From an uncultured virus (IMG/VR IMGVR_UViG_3300044627_003120) (Duplodnaviria > Heunggongvirae > Uroviricota > Caudoviricetes), in IMG/VR virus record IMGVR_UViG_3300044627_003120: a DNA stretch of 56,225 nt, one strand, 5' to 3'. The translations under genes and the position numbers were made by a program. The notes beneath the pieces were generated by a model. The model ran no database searches and was not told where the DNA came from. It saw only the letters and a list, made by a program, of their open reading frames with translations. Shown one piece after another: positions 48,460-56,225 of the stretch. Position 1 is the stretch's first letter, and every line of letters begins with the position of its first letter.

Positions 48460-49195
48460 AACGAACTATCTTTCTAAAATATAGTACGTTCCCCACCAAG
48501 TGTATGGTTTGTTTAGAATAACCCACATTTTTCCGTGGTATTTATAACGCCAACCATGGTCTCCATCTTCATCAAGACACATAGCCTTAAATAAATGGTT
48601 ACCAGCAAAGCCACCACAAATGTTTCCAATGAGTCTAAGTGGAACTATTTTAGTCTTCTGATGTTTTGTTATCATCTTTTTCCCATACTTTCTTTCCATC
48701 CTTATATACTGGCCAATATCCCAAGGCTCTCCAGTCCATCTTCGTAATCTTAGGCTCTTTTGGCACACCACACCTTGTAATCACTCATAGTTTGATGAGT
48801 ATCCCAGTACTCAATGTTTTCTTTGTCCATTTTACAGTTAGGGCAGATCATTGTCTATGCCGTTTCTTATTACCAAACTTAGACTTAACATCAGCCTTAG
48901 CCTGATTAACTATGGCGTTCGTAATGTCTTCTAAATTAAACTCTTCTTCAGTATCCATTAGTCAATCCTATCTAAATCTTCAAGGCTATTAATACCATAA
49001 AGATTAATCATTTCTTCAACAGTAAACTCTAAGTCAAACTCTTCTTCGTTCATCTAAACAACTCCACTCCTATGTACCACTTTAAAAAGTATATACCCAA
49101 CTCCCACTCATTGGCAATAGGATATCCCCAATTGTATAAATAAAACCCAATAGAGTAGCCAGCAGTCTGTGTACCACGATTAACTTTAATTCTCA

Positions 49196-49402
49196 TCAGT
49201 AACCTCCAAGGCATTCGTTGCGTGTGTGAAACAATCTAATCTTTGTCATAATTTTGCGGGATGGAGCAGAAAGATCTTCCTTACATGATAAACACTTGTA
49301 AGACCATTCCCCAGTAAAGAAGTCATGAACATAACCCTTAGCGTTAGCATATTTCTTGGCTACAAAGGTTTGAAATGGATCAGGAATCTCCATGTTAATC
49401 AT
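49196..49402 (-). CDS. Small Zn-binding protein
   Basis: C..C...H....C. Confidence 0.5.
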   Translation of the reverse strand: MINMEIPDPFQTFVAKKYANAKGYVHDFFTGEWSYKCLSCKEDLSAPSRKIMTKIRLFHTRNECLGGY

Positions 49403-49679
49403 TGCGTGACCATACCAATCTTAAGAATTTGTTCCATGAATGCTTGTCTAACGACAATTCTTTCCATCTTATATATGATTTAACTCCAACCACACCATAC
49501 AGTATGGCACCAAGTATGAATCCATATTGTTTTGTAATCAATGCGTATGCTGTCCACATAAACTCATTAAATATAAACCAAAGCCAACCCCATCGCTTCT
49601 TACGGCCAATAGTAAACATAGCGGCAGCGCCACTTAGTACAAGTATATATGAGGCATAGTCGTTCATCCATTGTTCCAT
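49395..49679 (-). CDS. PnuC-like small membrane protein
   Basis: 'IGRKKRWGWLW...W..Y....QYG' with TM segments. Leaderless start. Confidence 0.55.
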   Translation of the reverse strand: MEQWMNDYASYILVLSGAAAMFTIGRKKRWGWLWFIFNEFMWTAYALITKQYGFILGAILYGVVGVKSYIRWKELSLDKHSWNKFLRLVWSRND

Positions 49680-49706
49680 GTATTCAGTATACCTTAAAGT
49701 AAGGGT

Positions 49707-49982
49707 TTAGTCAACTACTGGCTTTTGTTTCCACTTGGTTTTTACCCAAGTGCCTATTTTATTAATGTTAACTTTTTCTCTTAGCACTTCTGCAAAATCA
49801 GTGCTTATCTCAGAGCCAAGATACTCTTCTCCTGTTTCTAAATCAATTAGTTTCCATTTTCCAGGGGCCTTAGTGTGAATAACTAAATCAACTGGCTTGT
49901 CAAAAGAGTCAACCTCAGAACCATCTTTAAGTATTCTTCTATTCATTAAGATACAAGGCCCATAGACAGATGAACTAAGCAA
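49707..49982 (-). CDS. Hypothetical protein
   Basis: 'TKAPGKWKLIDLETGEEYLG'. Start uncertain. Confidence 0.5.
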   Translation of the reverse strand: MLSSSVYGPCILMNRRILKDGSEVDSFDKPVDLVIHTKAPGKWKLIDLETGEEYLGSEISTDFAEVLREKVNINKIGTWVKTKWKQKPVVD

Positions 49983-50129
49983 ACATCTGCAACAATATAA
50001 TCAGCGTGATCTACCACGATATCATAATGTGTTGCATCCTCTTTACAAAAGAAACACTTAGTTTTATTCATATATAGATTATATCATATGATACAATAAG
50101 TTAATATTGTTTAGGAAGGTAGTCACTAT

Positions 50130-50462
50130 ATGGAAATGTCCTATAGGTGTATGATATGTGGTAATACAATAACACCGTTGGCAGGAGAAATGCCTTTTTG
50201 TAACTACTGCAATGAAGATACAATCCTTGTGCTGCTAACAGAGGCAAACAAAGACAAACTGCCTCATCCACTACGCCCAGCAGGTGCAAAAGAAATAGAT
50301 CTTAATGACCCAAGCAAGACATGTCAGTGCGCTCCAGGGCTGTGTCCTTGCGGTAAGTTTGTTTCACACCTGGCATCTGAGTCATGGGATCCAGACAATC
50401 CACGATTTGTCGGCGGTGAAGCGATGGAATACCATAAAAATAAAAAAAATAAAGAGGTTTAA
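50130..50462 (+). CDS. Cys-rich hypothetical protein
   Basis: Upstream TGATACAAT and AGGAAGG. Multiple CxxC/CxC. Confidence 0.55.
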   Translation: MEMSYRCMICGNTITPLAGEMPFCNYCNEDTILVLLTEANKDKLPHPLRPAGAKEIDLNDPSKTCQCAPGLCPCGKFVSHLASESWDPDNPRFVGGEAMEYHKNKKNKEV

Positions 50463-50512
50463 AGTTCGGCGCAAAATAGAAGTTATAAACCATCCTATGC
50501 CCTAAACGGGCA

Positions 50513-50854
50513 CTACTGGTTAACTTTCTTCACTATTGGCAAACCCTGGTTTTCCGTAGACCTCTTAGCCTTTTGCTTTTGTTGAGGGACAAAGACCTTA
50601 TTGTGTGCTCTGCGTTGTTTTTTACTTAGTTTCTTAGGTTTCTTAACCTTCTCATCTGGAGGGGATTGATCTGGAGCAACCATAGGTTTGTTATAGTTAG
50701 GTCTTGACCAGTTTGATGGGGTACCCATGACAGATGACTCAATAGCAGCCTTATTCCTACCCAATTGACGCTCAGCCTTGGCTATAGCGTTTGTCCAATC
50801 TATCTTTCTATCTGGATTTGACCAGTCTATCTTTTTATTTTTCTTGTTAGGCAT
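50513..50854 (-). CDS. Lys-rich basic protein
   Basis: Highly basic ORF with an internal KIDWS/KIDWT repeat. Converges on a GCCC/GGGC hairpin near 50498-50512. Confidence 0.5.
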   Translation of the reverse strand: MPNKKNKKIDWSNPDRKIDWTNAIAKAERQLGRNKAAIESSVMGTPSNWSRPNYNKPMVAPDQSPPDEKVKKPKKLSKKQRRAHNKVFVPQQKQKAKRSTENQGLPIVKKVNQ

Positions 50855-50918
50855 TATTATCTTCTTTCATATTTTAAGTATCCCATATTTGCCACGGTAT
50901 GTCAAGTATAATAAACCC

Positions 50919-51239
50919 ATGGAATCAACAGTCTTATATATACTATACAGCCCACTACATAAGGCTGTCAAGATAGGTATATCAGACATATCAGGTAGAA
51001 GGTTTGCAAGCCATAGGACCAAGGGCTGGATATTGATCAAGTATTGGCATTTTTTCGAACGGGATAAGGCAAGAAAGGTCGAATCTATAGTACTAAAAAC
51101 ACTAAGGGAAAGACATGGACATTTCCTGGATAAGGCGGATATGCCTCAAAATGGATACACAGAGACCTTTGATGCTTCAAAGATAACCCGTAGGGCGTTG
51201 ATCCGTATGGTCAATAGGGCTATAAAGGAGTGTTCGTAA
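50919..51239 (+). CDS. GIY-YIG / T5orf172-like nuclease
   Basis: LYIL..VKIGIS....R, VE and GYTETF. Leaderless ATG at 50919. Confidence 0.7.
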   Translation: MESTVLYILYSPLHKAVKIGISDISGRRFASHRTKGWILIKYWHFFERDKARKVESIVLKTLRERHGHFLDKADMPQNGYTETFDASKITRRALIRMVNRAIKECS

Positions 51240-51259
51240 TCTTTATATACCGTGGTTTT

Positions 51260-51346
51260 TTATCCACCCATACGGATTTGTTGAAGATAAGCCATGTAGT
51301 TAAGAAATAAGAATAGGCCTAACATTATGATTAGAAAAGGTTTCAT
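51260..51346 (-). CDS. 28-aa membrane peptide
   Basis: MKPFLIIMLGLFLFLNYMAYLQQIRMGG, preceded by TTGACA-17-TATCAT-6-ATG. Confidence 0.45.
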   Translation of the reverse strand: MKPFLIIMLGLFLFLNYMAYLQQIRMGG

Positions 51347-51366
51347 ATATCTATGATATCAGATAG

Positions 51367-51420
51367 TTATCCACATGTCAATAGGCTAAAAATGTCATAG
51401 TTATCCACATGTTATCCACA
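51367..51420. promoter_or_regulatory. Three perfect DnaA boxes (TTATCCACA)
   Basis: At 51367-51375, 51401-51409 and 51412-51420, all in the same orientation. Confidence 0.8.
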
Positions 51421-51525
51421 GATAAATGTTACTGATTAGATTATTAGATAGGGTTAAAGTGGAGTGAAGTGGAGGATAGTGGTGACTGGTGCGTTTTTAT
51501 AGAGGGCGTTCGTAATGCGGCCTTT

Positions 51526-52205
51526 CCAAACCTCATATCCCCAAACCTTTGTATCGCCAAACCTTGTATACCACATATGTCCATATTTGTCAAACCAGTA
51601 TATAAGGTTTGGGCATTATACATGCAAAACCATGGTTTGTCAAGTCCTTTTATGCATGAATATGCCCTTAAAAAGTCAGCGATTTTTTACGAAACGATCA
51701 TAATCTTTTTATAAAATCAAAAAAAATTCTATAAAGGTTTGAAAACTCAGGGAAAAATTTAGAGTCGTTCGTAATACCTTTATAGAGGTTTGTTATTAGA
51801 ATAGAGTGAGTTGTGTGTACTTTGAATCCCCGCCTGCGGCATCCTTAACAGGATTATGATTCATTTCTGGGGCGGGGGATGAAGGAAAGAAAGCCTTAAG
51901 AGTAACAATAGAATACAACATACCAGTTAATGCACCAATGGCTTTATCAAACCCTATAGAGTCATGATCTGCATCATGTCTATGTGATGGGTTTCTATAC
52001 ATTGCTGCAAAGTGGTGTGGGGACATATCTTTATTATACACCTGGATATAAAGGTTTGACAAATAAGGTTTGATATGGTAAACTTCTGGGAATTTTTTTC
52101 AAACCATCGTAATAAGATTCTGGGAAATTTTTGATAAGGTTCGTAATACCCCTATTTGATTTGACAAGGTTTGATATGTGTGGTATATTTTCTAGATCAC
52201 CTAGG
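51526..52205. repeat. Iteron-like CAAACCT/AGGTTTG heptamers and CWGGGAA-N14-TCGTAAT motifs
   Basis: Nine heptamers, plus three exact and one degenerate bipartite motif. Confidence 0.7.
51796..52026 (-). CDS. Hypothetical protein
   Basis: TGTATAAT-6nt-ATG at 52026 supports this shorter start. Confidence 0.45.
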   Translation of the reverse strand: MSPHHFAAMYRNPSHRHDADHDSIGFDKAIGALTGMLYSIVTLKAFFPSSPAPEMNHNPVKDAAGGDSKYTQLTLF

Positions 52206-52207
52206 GC

Positions 52208-52223
52208 GCACCCCGAAGGGTGC
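52208..52223 (-). terminator. C(UUCG)G hairpin after a leftward operon
   Basis: GCACCC-TTCG-GGGTGC on the - strand. No U-tract. Confidence 0.5.
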
Positions 52224-52231
52224 AGCCTTGG

Positions 52232-52528
52232 CTACTCCGCTTCTCTTTCGCTTTTCTTTAACTCAACTACTGCTAACAGGTCATCAAGATTATCAACATC
52301 AAGGACATCGTCCTCTGTTACTTCCATTGCATCAAGGAACATAGCGAATGTTTCGTTGACATACTCCTCAGCCATTGGTAGTGGTGTTACTACTCCCGTT
52401 GCAATAAACCAAGCAAGTGGCAAGCCAACATCGTTGTATGAGATGAAAGGCTTTAGATCCTCATCATCTCTGAACTCATACCAAAACTGTCCTAAAATGC
52501 CACATCTATCTGTAAAGTTTACTTCCAT
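52232..52528 (-). CDS. Acidic hypothetical protein
   Basis: 'FISYNDVGLPLA' ORF in a coupled leftward cluster. Confidence 0.65.
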   Translation of the reverse strand: MEVNFTDRCGILGQFWYEFRDDEDLKPFISYNDVGLPLAWFIATGVVTPLPMAEEYVNETFAMFLDAMEVTEDDVLDVDNLDDLLAVVELKKSEREAE

Positions 52529-52761
52529 AGTTCTGTGTAATCCTTTCCTAAGTACCCTGACATCATTTTATCATACTCTTCCCCCGCTGTCAATGCAACG
52601 ACTTCGAGTCTGCGAGATACAATGACAGGGTGGTTATGTACTAAATGAAAGCCGAGTGCTTCCAAGTTAAGTCCCATGTCCTCAGTTAATAACTTAGCCA
52701 TGCGATTAGAGTACTGTATTTCTTTAGTGCTTTCGGGTTTCCTACGAACGCTGTACGCCAT
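52519..52761 (-). CDS. Hypothetical protein
   Basis: TTGCGC-17-TATAAT promoter and RBS GAGGAG. Confidence 0.65.
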   Translation of the reverse strand: MAYSVRRKPESTKEIQYSNRMAKLLTEDMGLNLEALGFHLVHNHPVIVSRRLEVVALTAGEEYDKMMSGYLGKDYTELWK

Positions 52762-52883
52762 GTCTCTCCTCTTTATCTATTATACAGGAAGGGGAAGGGA
52801 GGCGCAACCCCTACAGGCTACGCCGTCCCTATCCTTATTTAGTTAATCAGTGAGGGACCCATCCGCACTGATCATATGCTGCG

Positions 52884-53246
52884 CTAAGCGCTAACGGTTT
52901 TTGGTATATAGGCATTAATAAATAACTGCCAGTCGACCTGCAGGTCCTTGCCTGCCTCATAGACGGTTTCTTTAGCGATATCGATAACGATAGTGGTCTC
53001 GCCTAATTCAAAGTTGGTACCCTTGATAGAATAAATTCCAAACCCTGTTTCTTCAAGCACGGAGTCTTGAATAAAATAACTAATCATCATGCGGGTGAAG
53101 TAAGCATAGTCTTTCCAGCGTGGCTTAGAGTGCTCCAGTGCCATTGCCAAGTCCCGCTGCCATTCAGTCTCACCCCAGTGGCTATATAGGACTACGTGTG
53201 CTTCATCCTCAACGTCTTTAAATACAAAGTTGATACGGGCTCCCAT
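52884..53246 (-). CDS. Hypothetical phage protein
   Basis: 'MGARINF...LYSHWG'. RBS AAGGAG. Followed by an ATCAGTG/CACTGAT hairpin. Confidence 0.7.
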   Translation of the reverse strand: MGARINFVFKDVEDEAHVVLYSHWGETEWQRDLAMALEHSKPRWKDYAYFTRMMISYFIQDSVLEETGFGIYSIKGTNFELGETTIVIDIAKETVYEAGKDLQVDWQLFINAYIPKTVSA

Positions 53247-53392
53247 TAGTCTTGCTCCTTAAAAGATACGATTGATAGTTGGTTTAGTATTTCATTGATA
53301 AGGTCTGCTTCATTATCTGATTCAGCATCGTATCTAAATGTCATGTAGTCGCCTGTTGGCTCAAAGATAATCTCTACTTTAAATTCTGACAT
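53246..53392 (-). CDS. Small acidic protein (48 aa)
   Basis: Fills the gap with TAATG coupling on both sides. Confidence 0.5.
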   Translation of the reverse strand: MSEFKVEIIFEPTGDYMTFRYDAESDNEADLINEILNQLSIVSFKEQD

Positions 53393-53769
53393 TAGTTATC
53401 CTCATCTGTAATAAATTCAATAACAATACGAGCAACACGACCATCTTCGTCAATGTCTGCGTATACAGGATAGACTCCGTCTCCATACCCTGTAGAAAAA
53501 ACAACTGCCGAACCAGCATTGGTTCCTGTTATTCCAGTACCTTCAATAACTTCAGTGCCTAAGACTCCATAGCCATTTTTGCTTAGAGTAGCATTAGCGG
53601 CACCAAGGTAACCATACTCGCCATTACGATTTTTGTGCTCCTCAAATGGGATATCTGAACCGCTATCCCAATGCTTCCATTCATCTAAATAGCACGGGTC
53701 GCCAATCATTGCTTGACCGCTATCTACAAAAAATTGTCCGATAAGTGTTAGGTTGTCTGTTTCTGTCAT
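53392..53769 (-). CDS. DUF4241-like protein
   Basis: VDSGQAMIGDPCY ... FSTGYGDGVYPVY. Confidence 0.7.
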   Translation of the reverse strand: MTETDNLTLIGQFFVDSGQAMIGDPCYLDEWKHWDSGSDIPFEEHKNRNGEYGYLGAANATLSKNGYGVLGTEVIEGTGITGTNAGSAVVFSTGYGDGVYPVYADIDEDGRVARIVIEFITDEDN

Positions 53770-54152
53770 TCTTGTATTCCTTCGCATAGTGGGTCGTGGG
53801 TTAGTTCTTCATCAAGTATATCACCGCAGTAGTCGCATGTCAAGTCAGGCTCTCCTACCTGTACCTGAATGGTCAGACCAGTCGGGCAGGGTACTTCAGT
53901 GATAAAGTATCCTAATCTATTTACAAATCCCCAGCCATTCCAGATGTAGGTGCCACCGTCATCGCCAGAACCATACATCCAGATATTGGCAGGGGATTGA
54001 GACTTAACAAACTCTACCTCATCGCCGTAGGTCTCAAACATAATGCCATTACCTGATTCATCCTGAAAGGAAGCATTTTTGTCTATATGATTATAGATAG
54101 GTTTGTAAGTGGCTTCCCACTCATCCATTGTCATCTCAATGAAGTTATCCAT
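53766..54152 (-). CDS. Hypothetical phage protein
   Basis: 'FETYG.E..FV..W....G..FVNRLGYFITE.P'. RBS AAGGAG. Confidence 0.7.
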   Translation of the reverse strand: MDNFIEMTMDEWEATYKPIYNHIDKNASFQDESGNGIMFETYGDEVEFVKSQSPANIWMYGSGDDGGTYIWNGWGFVNRLGYFITEVPCPTGLTIQVQVGEPDLTCDYCGDILDEELTHDPLCEGIQE

Positions 54153-54405
54153 TAACTTCTCCTTTGGCAAAAGCAATAGCATATGTCAAACTATATAGTT
54201 CTGACAAACCTTCAAGATATCCTTCAAGGTGTAAACGATTAACTGTTTGGTCATACTGTTCATCATCGTTGTCAGCATACTCAGCCAATTGCTTTTCAGC
54301 CTCATACATCATAGTCTTTAGGTGGCCGTGCATTATGTCTGCCCCGTCCATACCTAAATCAACTTGCTTGCGTAGATATGGGTCAAGGGTAGTATTATCG
54401 CTCAT
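54145..54405 (-). CDS. Hypothetical protein
   Basis: Coupled leftward ORF. Confidence 0.6.
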   Translation of the reverse strand: MSDNTTLDPYLRKQVDLGMDGADIMHGHLKTMMYEAEKQLAEYADNDDEQYDQTVNRLHLEGYLEGLSELYSLTYAIAFAKGEVNG

Positions 54406-54607
54406 CTATTGTAGCCTCTAATACTGATAAGAAGTGGTAGCAGGCAAGAATCTGTCCATTGGTAGAAATATCTTCTATCTCCAAATCCTTATACTCATCG
54501 CAATCATAGTCATCATAGAAGCCCATTTGCTTCTGTAGTTCCTCAGAGTCTTGCTCCAAGGACAGCAGGTGTAGTCTTACATATTCTTCGAATGTTTTTA
54601 GGTCCAT
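54395..54607 (-). CDS. Acidic hypothetical protein
   Basis: Coupled leftward ORF. Confidence 0.55.
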   Translation of the reverse strand: MDLKTFEEYVRLHLLSLEQDSEELQKQMGFYDDYDCDEYKDLEIEDISTNGQILACYHFLSVLEATIDER

Positions 54608-54611
54608 AGTA

Positions 54612-54827
54612 TTAATTATACGGGTTCGTGTTGATTTTTACAAGTTTAGGGGGTGTGACCTTCGTCACAGGCTCCAGGAGAGGTCCTGCTCCATCTCCCT
54701 GTGATAATAGGATAACTATTCCTAATCCCCCGCAAATGCAGGCGGGATCAAGAACCTTCTCAGCACAAGCAGTAATCTCTATAAGAGCATCACAATCAGT
54801 ACATAGATAATCATACTTAGTCCACAT
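54612..54827 (-). CDS. Zinc-ribbon protein
   Basis: YDYLCTDC...CICG. Confidence 0.55.
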   Translation of the reverse strand: MWTKYDYLCTDCDALIEITACAEKVLDPACICGGLGIVILLSQGDGAGPLLEPVTKVTPPKLVKINTNPYN

Positions 54828-55149
54828 TAGTCAAAGTACCCTTCTGCCCATAGCCCTGACAAGAAGTCTGAGGCTTGTGTTAGGTTTCTGTGTAACCAGG
54901 GGTCATCGTCAGGATTCACGGTAGTTAAAGCAGAATCAATAGCAAGAACCATGTTATCTAAATCATCTCTCTCATAGCCTAACATAGTCCACCACCATAT
55001 TCATACATTAAATCCATAGCCACATGGAGATTGCAATCACACTCTCCACCATTCATGTTATCCATGAAATCAAAATGAGAAAAGTTCTCATCATATATTT
55101 TTTGCATTAGTTCATCTATTGTGTAAGGTTTTGTTTGGGTCATATACTA

Positions 55150-55178
55150 ATTATAGGGGTTTGGGGAACAAATGTCAA
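55150..55178 (-). promoter_or_regulatory. Consensus promoter driving the leftward small-ORF operon
   Basis: TTGACA-17-TATAAT-6-ATG(55143). Confidence 0.8.
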
Positions 55179-55285
55179 CTATCGTAATCGGAAAATCTGG
55201 GAAATATTATTTGATCATCTTAATAGATATTATTAAAAATGCCAATTCGGACATATCGGACACCTAGATCACCTAGGCGATTTTG

Positions 55286-55359
55286 CGATCCGTACGGGAC
55301 TTGAACCCGTGACCTCCACCGTGACAGGGTGGCGAACTAACCAACTATTCTAACGGACC
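55286..55359 (-). tRNA. tRNA-Asp (GTC)
   Basis: GGTCCGT/ACGGATC, CCACC-CTGTCAC-GGTGG and GGTTCAAGTCC. Confidence 0.92.
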
Positions 55360-55363
55360 GTGT

Positions 55364-55391
55364 GAGCAGTTTTAATTCTTACTCAGGAATT
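55364..55391 (-). ncRNA. H-type pseudoknot, copy 3 (5' of tRNA-Asp)
   Basis: AATTC/GAATT and GAGTA/TGCTC stems, AAAAC loop. Confidence 0.6.
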
Positions 55392-55398
55392 TTTTTAG

Positions 55399-56223
55399 TT
55401 ATGCAATTTGCAAAGTGCTTTGCACAATTTTTAGCAAACGATTTTTTTCTGCATTGATAGCAGGGTCAAAACCAGATGCAGATGCAAGGATAGATTCGTT
55501 AGAACCACCACGAGCAGAACGGTACCAATCAAGGCGTTCAGTTAGTGCATTGAAAGCACCCCAAGCATTACCAGCAATCATGCCGTTAAACTCGCCTGTG
55601 TAGATGTCATTGATAACATCAACCTTGTTTTCCCACTTCTTGAAAGCACCCTTAGAATCTTTTTCTGGCTTAGGGTATGCAGCAAGAATGATGTCGTTAA
55701 ATTGCTTAGCATTAACTTCTGTTTCAATCATTGCTTTTGCCATAAGGTCAAAAGAATCCATGTACTTATGAGCAAGCCCAAGAGTTTCACGAGCAACGGC
55801 AACCTTACCAGAAGCGGTCTGAGTGTGGCGAATCTTGAAAGATTGCTTGACACCATTCTTTTTCTTAGTAGTGTTTAGTGCAAGATTAAGAGTGTTAGCG
55901 CATACAACACGAACAGGTGTAATACTTGCTTGAATAGCGATTGAGCCGTCATGTGATGTGTTGATAAGCAAATAAGTCTTTACCTTATCTGCAACACCAT
56001 TAGGGTCAAGAATTGTTTCACGCTCTAGTGCTAACGCACCGAATACGACACGACCACCCTTGATTGAGCCAGCAGTTTCCCAACGACCTCCGCCGTCAAG
56101 AATGTTATCACCGAATGAGAATAAATCTTCATTCTGCATAACATGGTAACGCTCACCAACGACACCAAGAATGTCTGTCTGAGAGTTGTCAGTAGGATTG
56201 GTACGCAATACATACTGATAGTT
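55399..56223 (-). CDS. DUF932 (phage/plasmid-like) protein, 5'-truncated
   Basis: LGVVGERY..QN, ETAGS..GG, NTSHDGS, PVRVVCANT, RHT and WGAFNA.TE. Frame is open to the window edge. Confidence 0.85.
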   Translation of the reverse strand, partial: NYQYVLRTNPTDNSQTDILGVVGERYHVMQNEDLFSFGDNILDGGGRWETAGSIKGGRVVFGALALERETILDPNGVADKVKTYLLINTSHDGSIAIQASITPVRVVCANTLNLALNTTKKKNGVKQSFKIRHTQTASGKVAVARETLGLAHKYMDSFDLMAKAMIETEVNAKQFNDIILAAYPKPEKDSKGAFKKWENKVDVINDIYTGEFNGMIAGNAWGAFNALTERLDWYRSARGGSNESILASASGFDPAINAEKNRLLKIVQSTLQIA

Positions 56224-56225
56224 TT

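Noticed and set aside
48365..48526. N-terminal ORF extensions over tRNAs or promoters (also 44325-44360, 41871-41912, 50778-50918)
   Set aside because: They overlap tRNA genes or promoters, and better-supported downstream starts exist.
51469..51714. Track ORFs within the origin-like region
   Set aside because: No convincing protein features. The sequence is dominated by DNA motifs.
52067..52093. SigF/SigB-type promoter GGTTT-N16-GGGAAT
   Set aside because: The spacing holds in only one copy (9 nt at 51736), so it does not explain the repeats.
1..56225. Alternative genetic code or prophage/host junction
   Set aside because: Genes read through normally with all three stops in the standard code. 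No suppressor tRNA, integrase or bacterial flank was seen.

Overview
An AT-rich 56 kb segment of a tailed dsDNA phage genome. WhiB, DnaE, a CHAP lysin and many leaderless genes suggest a low-GC freshwater actinobacterial host such as acI/Nanopelagicales (inference). The + strand from 1 to about 43.4 kb carries, in order: the end of the tape-measure and tail module; a full replication/recombination module (DnaB, primase, SSB, DnaE, RecA, two resolvases, Cas4-like nuclease); terminase; two secreted surface proteins; proteases; tRNA-Asn; lysin; a sulfation/hydroxylation/halogenation enzyme cluster; WhiB; Hsp20; and HNH. From about 43.4 kb to the end the genes are mostly on the - strand: four tRNAs, 2OG-Fe(II) oxygenases flanking glutathione-peroxidase-like genes, and many small ORFs. 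The most striking unexplained signals are non-coding. They are (i) a covarying H-type pseudoknot in three copies, two wedged between a stop codon and a tRNA 5' end; (ii) three promoter-driven structured small-RNA candidates; (iii) a ~1 kb origin-like region with three perfect DnaA boxes, iteron-like heptamers and a fixed-spacing bipartite motif that recurs 3 kb away; (iv) an RBS-sequestering hairpin with a promoter inside it; and (v) an apparent ATT start codon. All calls come from reading motifs by eye, with no database searches.
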